From positions 78,996 to 93,366 of the forward strand of contig MTSL01000105.1 of NCBI GenBank assembly GCA_002794465.1: a DNA stretch of 14,371 nt, written 5' to 3'. The notes under the pieces were generated by a model. The model ran no database searches. It had not been told where the DNA came from and saw nothing but the letters and a program-made list of their open reading frames with translations. Shown piece after piece: positions 7,558 to 14,371 of this stretch (within the stretch, counting starts at the first letter, position 1; the number at the start of each line of letters is the position of its first letter). Made by a program: the position numbers and the translations under genes. The DNA comes from Paramicrosporidium saccamoebae KSL3 (lineage: Eukaryota; Fungi; Cryptomycota).

Positions 7558-8292
7558 TCAATCTTGCTCATTAGCCCTAACGGGCTTTCTCTGCTTGAAT
7601 TTTGTCCTCAATACGTTCATCTGCTCCATCTGAATGGCCTCTTTGCTCCGGACAATCATCTCTGTGCCCTCCTTGGCAGCCTTCTTCGCTGCCCGAGTCT
7701 CTTCAATCTTTTCCATTTCTACGGCCCGCTCAGACTGCTTGATATATTGGCTATTCACCTTTCTGGCCTGCGAGATTTCAGTCTGAAGTTTCTTCTGGCG
7801 CACTGCTTTCTCGTAGATTACTTGTTCGTTGAGGTTGCTCCATAGGAAATCCTTTAGATACTTTACATTCCACATGTCGTCGTGGAAACGGTTGCTCTTC
7901 TTGCCGCCGATTATAGAGCCGTTTAGGGCGAGAGCTGCGGTTTTGGCATCTTTTCTGCGAAGAAATTCCACCCATCCTTCAGTGAAACGAGCCTTGCGAC
8001 GTTCCCGGACGTCCTTGGATACATGCTTTCCAGTCTTGACTGTTTTCTCGTCTGGAGCGAGATACACTCGACCAAGTTTTCCAAAGGGCACCAGATAACT
8101 TCTTAGCTCGTGGGGAGTCATACTGGGAGGAATCCGGCTAAGATATACAATCCCAGGCGTTTTTACGCTTCCCGTAGAGGTTGACTCTGTCAAAGTCGTC
8201 ATCAGCTTGAGCCAATGAGCATCGGGCACTACGCGGTCAAATACTCGACCAGGTGTACGGTCAGGTATACGATTCCTGTCGAGATGGGACAT
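7558..8292 (-). CDS. ESF2: Pre-rRNA processing protein Esf2/ABT1 (RRM-like); start uncertain (ATG 8292 or 8202)
   Basis: PGIVYLSRIPP, FGKLGRVYL, FTEGWVEF, LNGSIIGGKK, FHDDMWNVKYLKDFLW are characteristic of ABT1/Esf2. The ORF-track start at 8319 is TTG. Confidence 0.93.
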   Translation of the reverse strand: MSHLDRNRIPDRTPGRVFDRVVPDAHWLKLMTTLTESTSTGSVKTPGIVYLSRIPPSMTPHELRSYLVPFGKLGRVYLAPDEKTVKTGKHVSKDVRERRKARFTEGWVEFLRRKDAKTAALALNGSIIGGKKSNRFHDDMWNVKYLKDFLWSNLNEQVIYEKAVRQKKLQTEISQARKVNSQYIKQSERAVEMEKIEETRAAKKAAKEGTEMIVRSKEAIQMEQMNVLRTKFKQRKPVRANEQD

Positions 8293-8425
8293 GAAAAAAT
8301 TATCGTTCGTTGGGATCAATGGGCACTAGGCTTTATATAGTCGATTAGGCAGCCAAGATTTACGATTCTAGGCGTCTTGAAGATACTTGGCGTTGCAGCT
8401 TACCAGCGGTTGCTTTCCGCCTGAG

Positions 8426-8655
8426 CCAATGGGCATCGAACGTTGTACAGCCAATCAGACCCCCTCAAGTATAAATAACAGTAGGCCGTTCTGATGGCTA
8501 ACACAAACAGCCATATCAATCCAAACCTAGTTGCTTCCACGTGATTTGGAGCAGCAAATTTGAAAGTTTGGGTTTATTGACACCTTATTGGCTTTGTGAC
8601 GTTTAAGACAAAGTAACGACCCAAATCCCCAAAGCAAGGGCGTCTGGGGTATAAA
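8426..8655. promoter_or_regulatory. Divergent ESF2/ATG22 promoter region with CCAAT boxes, TATA-like boxes, an E-box and a CRE-like site
   Basis: CCAAT 8426-8430 and 8451-8455, ATTGG 8587-8591, TATAAA 8470-8475 and 8650-8655 (about 30 nt before the ATG22 ATG), CACGTG 8538-8543, TGACGT 8597-8602. Function is inferred from motif matches only. Confidence 0.5.
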
Positions 8656-8684
8656 GACATCGTTGAATCAAGCTTTCGACTAAA

Positions 8685-10205
8685 ATGGGAGACATTAAGA
8701 AAGTTTTGCTGAGGGAAGCTGCTGTGGCAAGGCAAGAACCGACTACTGCCAAGGAGGTCTGGGCATGGTGGCTCTACATGGCGGCTATTGAGCCGATTTC
8801 AATCGTTGCGCTGCAACTTTTTCTACCGCTTCTGTTGGAGCTTTTGCCGAGCTTGTACGGACATCCTGTGGGCCAATTTGGGGCCAAGTGCACAGATACT
8901 ACAAAGGACTGTGTACTATGGGAGATGGGAAGCTTCGTGCTTCCTGGTACCATTTATTCCTATGGAATCATTACCCTCTCGGTGGCACTCCAAGCGATAA
9001 TTTTCATATGCTTTGGCGCACTGGGTGACTATGGAACAAATCGACGGTTCTTTTTGAGCAGTTGCACTGCCCTCGGTTCCGCTCTATGCGTAGCGGCCCT
9101 ACTGGTAGGTACAAGTTATACGGCGCTAATTGCCGGTCTTTTGAATGTGTTGATTACGGTAATGTTTGGAGTGTCTCTCATGCTGTACAACTCCTATCTC
9201 CCCGTACTAGCCCAGCATCATCCTAATACGACCGATTTCCGCTCTGAAGATCCGTTAGAGATGGCGCGTCGTCGTGAAGCCGTCAGTAACGACCTGTCCA
9301 CCAAGAGCTTCATGATTGGCTATGCCTCAGCCCTCCTCGTTCTGATCATTTGCTCACTTTCCAAGTTTTTGGTTGAGGATTCCCTCTCCTACTTGAAATA
9401 TAGCATTGCTTTTTGTGGACTATTTTGGGGTTTGGGGTCTATTTATCCGCTGATTAACCTGAAGCCGCGTCCAGGACCACCCCTTCCCGCGGACGCCAAT
9501 GTGCTCACATTTTCCATCAAGAAGACGGGCAGAACGTTGGCGAAATACAACAAACTTCCTCACACGTTTCGGTATTTGTTTGCATTTTTCCTATTTTCTG
9601 ATGGATGCAACACGATTGGGACTGTGGCCGTCATTTTTGCTCGCCAAGTCTTGAATGTTCCCATTCCGAATCTCATTCATTGCGCCATTTTGGCACCATT
9701 CTGTGGCGTTGCAGGAAATTTCTTCTTCTTCTACCTCCAAAAGACCCTTCGCATAACCAACAAGACTATGCTTCTGTGGATCCTATCTGGTTTCATCGTA
9801 CTGACAGCCTACAGTGGCCTGGGTATCTGGTCAACTTCCATTGGATTGCATAACTTGTGGGAAGTCTATGTGATCTCTTGCATTTACGGGTTCTTGATGG
9901 GGGCCATGCAGTCCTTCTCGCGTGTCATTTACGGCGAGATGGTTCCACCTGGCGAGGAGTCGGAATTCTTCTCCATCTATGCCATCACTGACAAAGGAAG
10001 CTCCTGGTTAGGCCCAGCGATCCAGGCGGCGGTGTCGTCTAGTGGGATTGATCCTCGATACGGGCTAATTTTCCTTGGTGTCATGGTCGTGCTCTCCTTC
10101 CCAATTCTCATTTGGTACATTGACCCCCTCCGAGGCAAAGAAGACGCACTTTCCTTCAACAGTCCCTCTTCAGCTTATCCTGCAATGAGCGAAGCCAAAA
10201 ACTAA
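8685..10205 (+). CDS. ATG22: Atg22-family MFS transporter (vacuolar amino-acid effluxer), 506 aa
   Basis: About 12 hydrophobic segments. KEVWAWWLY, a Cys-containing first luminal loop, SVALQAIIFICFGALGDYG, DLSTKSFMIGY, FLFAFFLFSDG and SRVIYGEMVPPGEESEFFSIYAITDKGSSWLGP match Atg22/UMF1. Confidence 0.92.
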   Translation: MGDIKKVLLREAAVARQEPTTAKEVWAWWLYMAAIEPISIVALQLFLPLLLELLPSLYGHPVGQFGAKCTDTTKDCVLWEMGSFVLPGTIYSYGIITLSVALQAIIFICFGALGDYGTNRRFFLSSCTALGSALCVAALLVGTSYTALIAGLLNVLITVMFGVSLMLYNSYLPVLAQHHPNTTDFRSEDPLEMARRREAVSNDLSTKSFMIGYASALLVLIICSLSKFLVEDSLSYLKYSIAFCGLFWGLGSIYPLINLKPRPGPPLPADANVLTFSIKKTGRTLAKYNKLPHTFRYLFAFFLFSDGCNTIGTVAVIFARQVLNVPIPNLIHCAILAPFCGVAGNFFFFYLQKTLRITNKTMLLWILSGFIVLTAYSGLGIWSTSIGLHNLWEVYVISCIYGFLMGAMQSFSRVIYGEMVPPGEESEFFSIYAITDKGSSWLGPAIQAAVSSSGIDPRYGLIFLGVMVVLSFPILIWYIDPLRGKEDALSFNSPSSAYPAMSEAKN

Positions 10206-10233
10206 CAACATGTACTATAGTAGCAATTCCTAG

Positions 10234-10278
10234 AATAAAACGGGCGCTTTTCCATTGGCCGAATCCGGATGAGCCAAT
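10234..10278 (+). promoter_or_regulatory. ATG22 poly(A) signal immediately followed by an inverted CCAAT pair of the J-protein promoter
   Basis: AATAAA 10234-10239; ATTGG 10254-10258 and CCAAT 10274-10278 (GGCCAATGG / AGCCAATCA contexts). Confidence 0.5.
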
Positions 10279-10345
10279 CATATTGAGTCAAGAGGAGACT
10301 TGGTTGGGTTGGGTGTCCAGGTTGTCAACAGCGCAGTCAGGAGGC

Positions 10346-11341
10346 ATGGTTGTAAAGGACACAAAGTACTATGACACCTTGGGCGTCACCAGTGATGCTT
10401 CGTCAGACACTATTAAGAAGGCGTACTACCGCGCAGCCATGAAATACCATCCAGACAAGAACCTTGACGACAAGGCACATGCCGAGTTGAAATTCAAAGA
10501 AATCGCCGAGGCCTACCAGGTGCTCAGTGACCCCACACTGCGCCAGCGATACGATGAGACGGGTGTATGTGGGGAGCCAGAGGGCGGTTTCATGGACCCG
10601 CACATCTTCTTCCAACAAATGTTTGGCGGCGAAGCGTTCGTGGACATTATTGGAGAGATTACGCTGGCAAAGCTGATGATGGATGCCCAAGAGGAGCACG
10701 AAAAGGGTGGAGAGGGAAGAGATCTGCATGACGGGAGGGCAGTGTCGCCGAGAGAAGCTGATGCGGCGAGGAGGGAAGAGATGAGACGGGCAACGGATGA
10801 GCGAGTCAAGAAGCTAGCCGGAAAACTGGCAGCTAAACTGGCATTGTATGTAGACGGCCTCTATACAATTGCCGAGTACAACGAGTATATAACAAAGGAA
10901 GCAGTTATACTAAAGAACGAATCGTATGGACCGCAGCTACTCCGTTCCGTGGGGTACATTTACTCGATCAAGGCCAAGCAAGAGTTGGGAAAGGGCAGTT
11001 TCCTCGGCTTGGCGGGATTCTATCACTCTGTTCGCGAAAAGGGGCATCTCATCTCAAATACAGTGAGCGCCGTGAGCGCTGCCCGGACAGCCTATGTGGA
11101 GCAGCGCGACCGAGAAGAGAAGGGAACGGAAGTGCCATCGGCGGAGGAGCAGGAACGGATCTTTGAGGTGATTTGGAAGTTGAGTGCGCTGGATATAGAA
11201 GTGGTGTTAGGAAGGGTGTGTGAGGCAGTATTGGAAGATCCCGTCCTCCGAAGAGATGTCCGACTGAAGCGAGCCACTGCACTCAAATGTATTGGCGATA
11301 TATACAAATCCACTTCAGGTCTCTCTGTCAACCGGACGTAG
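10346..11341 (+). CDS. Class III J-domain protein with DnaJ-X domain (Caj1/Djp1-like), 331 aa
   Basis: MVVKDTKYYDTLGV...KYHPDKN...YQVLSDP...RYD forms the J-domain. FGGEAFVDIIGE and LKNESYGPQLLRSVGYIY match the X-domain. First ATG is 10346; the ORF-track start at 10283 is TTG. Confidence 0.92.
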   Translation: MVVKDTKYYDTLGVTSDASSDTIKKAYYRAAMKYHPDKNLDDKAHAELKFKEIAEAYQVLSDPTLRQRYDETGVCGEPEGGFMDPHIFFQQMFGGEAFVDIIGEITLAKLMMDAQEEHEKGGEGRDLHDGRAVSPREADAARREEMRRATDERVKKLAGKLAAKLALYVDGLYTIAEYNEYITKEAVILKNESYGPQLLRSVGYIYSIKAKQELGKGSFLGLAGFYHSVREKGHLISNTVSAVSAARTAYVEQRDREEKGTEVPSAEEQERIFEVIWKLSALDIEVVLGRVCEAVLEDPVLRRDVRLKRATALKCIGDIYKSTSGLSVNRT

Positions 11342-11347
11342 TAAGCC

Positions 11348-11498
11348 CTGTGAGACCAGCGTTATGTGGGTCGAGTTGCATGTTTTAAGCAGTACCCGCT
11401 CATAATTAGTGGGTCCGACCCAACATCCATAATCTGGTGTTGAGGATGGTGGCATGTAAAGGCGCCATATACTTTAATAAAACTAGTTTGCTCATCAA
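11348..11498 (-). repeat. Dispersed repeat element, copy B (homologue of 2662-2825), containing an inverted repeat
   Basis: See copy A. Also contains TGGGTCG (11367-11373) and CGACCCA (11416-11422) as an inverted pair. Confidence 0.8.
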
Positions 11499-11650
11499 TA
11501 ACATGGATTTGATCTGCGAGTTTGTGAGCTGACTCGTTGCATTCTCATAGAGCGCGTCTAGGTGTGATATAGTGGCCAGATTAGCCAAGTGTTGAAGGCA
11601 ATGAGATCTGCAGCCTTGCGACGCTAAAATTAGCAGTGAAAGAGTTTTTC

Positions 11651-11780
11651 TCATCTCATCTCATCTTTTCTCATCTCTACTCATCGCTTCTCATCTCTTC
11701 TCATCTCTTTTCATCTCTACTAATCTCTACTAATCTCTTCTCATCTCTTCTCATCTCTTCTCACCTTTTCTCGTCACTTT
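11651..11780 (+). repeat. Tandem 10-bp minisatellite, consensus TCATCTCTTC, about 12-13 units
   Basis: Units in register: tcatctcatc, tcatcttttc, tcatctctac, tcatcgcttc, tcatctcttc, tcatctcttt, tcatctctac, taatctctac, taatctcttc, tcatctcttc x2, tcaccttttc, tcgtcacttt. Confidence 0.97.
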
Positions 11781-11916
11781 TCATTTTGCATCTTCCCTGC
11801 TACGCGCCATAAGAACTCGGTAATAAACAAAGACTAGTGGCATTTTGGATTTATTAACTCGCTGTGTTTGTATATCTAACCAGACTATCGCAGAAGTCTG
11901 AAGACTTTGGACTAGA

Positions 11917-13728
11917 TTATTTCATCTTTGGGCTAACAAAGTGCAGGGTCCCGGGTAGCAGGCTCCGGACCGCAGTAGAAATGGGAATCATGTTAGAACA
12001 GAGATCGAGGGGCCGGCTCATTTTGCCACCGGTTGTTTGGGTTGGGTCGTCAAAGAGGCGCGCTTCTATGAAAACTTCAGCCTGGAGATTGATGACTGAG
12101 CGACAATACTCGGGGTCTTGATCACAATATATGCCAAAGTTATCTGACAAGCTGATGGGTACTTCGTAGCCGTCAGTGTGTACACCCGTAACGGTAAAGA
12201 AAAAGTGGCGCCGGCCTAGCAGCTGATCGGGAATTCCATCCACCAACACCTTGAGTGAAACTGTATTGCCTTCAATGTCTTTCTTCGGGATGTCTGCAAA
12301 GTTTATGGACAGCTCGTTGGAGGCCTCGAGAGAACCTGGCAGATTATTCCTGCAGGACACGGCTCCAATAAATGCTGCCATGTCCACGAAAAGTCGAATC
12401 TTAAATGCGGTAAAGTTCTTTGCAGCAATTCGCGTGTCGAATTTAATGAGCTCCGGCTCCTGCAGCTCCCACGTCTTGCTCGGAGTGGGCGCCACCACGA
12501 TACCGTTGCACACAGTCAAGATGGCGCAGAATGACTCTACACTTTCTTCAGTCTTTCCATTGCTGACGTGGATAACATAATTTCCGGGATTTTGGTTGTG
12601 TGGGATCGTGAACCGCAACAAGTCTCTGTTTTGACTGGGGAATTGTCCCGTAAACTGACGCACAGTCTTTCTATCCCGAACATCGAACATCAAAACTTGG
12701 ACAATCTGATCCACATAGCGCTCAATAGGCTCAAGTTGAGGAAAGCGCTCCCGCAGAAACTGGGCATCTGGGGACGAGATGGGCTTGGCGAGTTTGATGA
12801 ACACGGTGTCGCCAGGAGCGTAGACTGTTTCACTGGTGGGGGAAAGAATCTGCTGGACAGCGGTGGCTGGGACATTATCCTCAATGGGGACATTTATATT
12901 TACCGTCTTTGCTTCATATTCTGTAGCCTTGGTCAGTGTGAAGGGATCGCTTTTCCCCAGGAGGATGGCATCGCCAACGACTCCCGGATCACATATGTCA
13001 AAATCCTCCTTTTTCAGTGGTTTTTCGCCCTTGACAAATGCATATGCAGCAATGAAGAAAGAGTCCCCCTCGTATTTGGCCAAGGACTGCCCCAAGATGG
13101 ACTTCAATGACTCGTCATTTTCCAAAGCCTCCAGTGTCGAGAAAAAGTAAGGAAGGTATTTATCCTCGCAAGCTCTCTGTCTCATCCCTGTGGAACCCAC
13201 GTCGCCAGCATTTCCCACACGATGGAACTTTAGCAAAACTAGCGAATTGAGGGTTTCCTTAGGCACATGATTAGCCAGGCTCACACAAAATTTGAATGGG
13301 ACGTTAAGCTTCAGTTCCCTCGGAACGGAGAATTCTGCATTCTGCACCATAAATGATCGATATTTTTTGTCACGTCTGGGATCGCCTCCCACTACTCGTG
13401 CTGGTCCTTCAAAATACATATCGTAGGTTCCTGCATCCAATAGCTCATCAAACATAAAGTTTAGCTTCTTCTTTTTGATCGTAAACTCCTTGCGGAAGTA
13501 GATCACCGGGGGAAAAAGGTATGCTCCAGTCTGCACCAAGTAGACCTGAACCGTGTCAATGGGTGTATTCGTCGTGACCCCGAAAAAGGCCTGTAGTTCC
13601 TCCAAGGTAATGTCAAATGTTTTCCTAAGCCGCAGTCTATCCAGTCTACTTGATCTCTTCGATATCAAGGCCCCCTCAACAAGTGAGATTAGAAAGATAA
13701 CTGCCCAGAGCACCGTCCAAGTCATCAT
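11917..13728 (-). CDS. Hypothetical secreted protein, 603 aa (signal peptide; no confident family)
   Basis: An uninterrupted 1.8-kb ORF starting with ATG. Hydrophobic N-terminus MMTWTVLWAVIFLISLVEG followed by a dibasic KR, no other TM segment, and AATAAA downstream on the minus strand (11850-11855). Confidence 0.88.
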   Translation of the reverse strand: MMTWTVLWAVIFLISLVEGALISKRSSRLDRLRLRKTFDITLEELQAFFGVTTNTPIDTVQVYLVQTGAYLFPPVIYFRKEFTIKKKKLNFMFDELLDAGTYDMYFEGPARVVGGDPRRDKKYRSFMVQNAEFSVPRELKLNVPFKFCVSLANHVPKETLNSLVLLKFHRVGNAGDVGSTGMRQRACEDKYLPYFFSTLEALENDESLKSILGQSLAKYEGDSFFIAAYAFVKGEKPLKKEDFDICDPGVVGDAILLGKSDPFTLTKATEYEAKTVNINVPIEDNVPATAVQQILSPTSETVYAPGDTVFIKLAKPISSPDAQFLRERFPQLEPIERYVDQIVQVLMFDVRDRKTVRQFTGQFPSQNRDLLRFTIPHNQNPGNYVIHVSNGKTEESVESFCAILTVCNGIVVAPTPSKTWELQEPELIKFDTRIAAKNFTAFKIRLFVDMAAFIGAVSCRNNLPGSLEASNELSINFADIPKKDIEGNTVSLKVLVDGIPDQLLGRRHFFFTVTGVHTDGYEVPISLSDNFGIYCDQDPEYCRSVINLQAEVFIEARLFDDPTQTTGGKMSRPLDLCSNMIPISTAVRSLLPGTLHFVSPKMK

Positions 13729-13791
13729 CCTTTTCTCGCTGACCCCGGTCCAGGGCCCCCTGGATAGCGACCAATCACAGTTGGCGGGTGA
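13729..13791. promoter_or_regulatory. 63-nt bidirectional promoter interval
   Basis: Lies between the divergent ATGs at 13728 (-) and 13792 (+). Contains CCAAT 13771-13775 and the inverted repeat TCCAGGG-CC-CCCTGGA at 13749-13764. Confidence 0.6.
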
Positions 13792-14267
13792 ATGGGGCGG
13801 AAGAAGAGCAAACGGACGGCGGTCAAAAAGGTGTCGAGGGCAAAATTAGAGACTTCCTTTGCTTGTCCCTTTTGTAATGAAGAATCCTCTGTAGAGTGCA
13901 AACTGTAAACACCTGGGTGGTCTCATACCTTGTAGTGATCGTGCTAAACAGACGGGAATGGCCCGGTGCCGAGTCTGCCAGGCCGGATACCAAACGGTCA
14001 TTAACTGTACTTGTCTAGGGAAACGACTAATGCTGTGATGTGATAGACTTGAGCGAGCCTGTTGATATATTTGCCGAATGGATTGATGCCATTGACGCCC
14101 AATCCAAACAGAAGGAAAAGGCACTCCAGCGAAGGAAAGAAGAACGGCGGAAGCGAGACGTCAATGACGATGACGATGACGATAAGGAGGAGCGAAAAGA
14201 AGACGAGAGCGTGGATGAAGACGCTGAAGAAGAGGAGGAAGAAGAAGAAGAAGATGATGAGGAATAA
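13792..14267 (+). CDS. ELF1: Transcription elongation factor Elf1 (zinc ribbon, acidic tail), 134 aa; exons 13792-13904, 13936-14006, 14047-14267
   Basis: Spliced product MGRKKSKR...LETSFACPFCNEESSVECKL|DRAKQTGMARCRVCQAGYQTVIN|YLSEPVDIFAEWIDA, with CxxC...CxxC and a D/E-rich tail. Exons sum to 405 nt. AATAAA overlaps the stop (14263-14268). Confidence 0.96.
13905..13935 (+). other. ELF1 intron 1 (31 nt)
   Basis: GTAAAC...CTTGTAG; restores the reading frame CKL|DR. Confidence 0.92.
14007..14046 (+). other. ELF1 intron 2 (40 nt)
   Basis: GTACTT...ACTAAT...GATAG; restores IN|YLSEPVD. Confidence 0.92.
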
Positions 14268-14371
14268 AGTGTTATATTGTGTTGTAATGAGTCGTTGTAG
14301 ACTGTCATCTTTCATTACACACAACTGCATTATATTACGCTACGCTATATTATAATGCACCATCACTATAT

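Noticed and set aside
11319-11388. Alternative J-protein C-terminus via an intron GTCTCT...ACCAG
   Set aside because: Non-GTA donor, no homology gain, and the would-be intron and exon run into repeat copy B.
14001-14355. Poly-Ser, poly-Phe and poly-Lys ORFs and the (GAA)n/(GAY)n tracts
   Set aside because: Alternate-frame readings of the Elf1 acidic tail, which is a normal feature of fungal Elf1.

Overview
This is a gene-dense eukaryotic, fungus-like window with miniature spliceosomal introns (31-40 nt) and intergenic gaps as short as 40-63 nt. That organisation is consistent with a compacted early-diverging fungal or Rozellomycota-type genome, which is an inference rather than an identification. 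It holds eight protein genes: RAD3/XPD helicase (-, 3 introns), an M16A insulinase/IDE-Ste23-like protease with a possible signal peptide (-), ALG2 (-, 3 introns), ESF2/ABT1 (-), ATG22-family transporter (+), a Caj1/Djp1-like J-protein (+), an orphan 603-aa predicted secreted protein (-) and ELF1 (+, 2 introns). The two largest intergenic gaps (about 2400-2890 and 11342-11916) each carry one diverged copy of the same unnamed ~150-bp element, in opposite orientations. The element has an internal inverted module and tandem repeats on one side. CCAAT boxes recur in the promoters, including an ATTGG-N15-CCAAT arrangement. No rRNA, tRNA, CRISPR array or intact transposase is recognisable.
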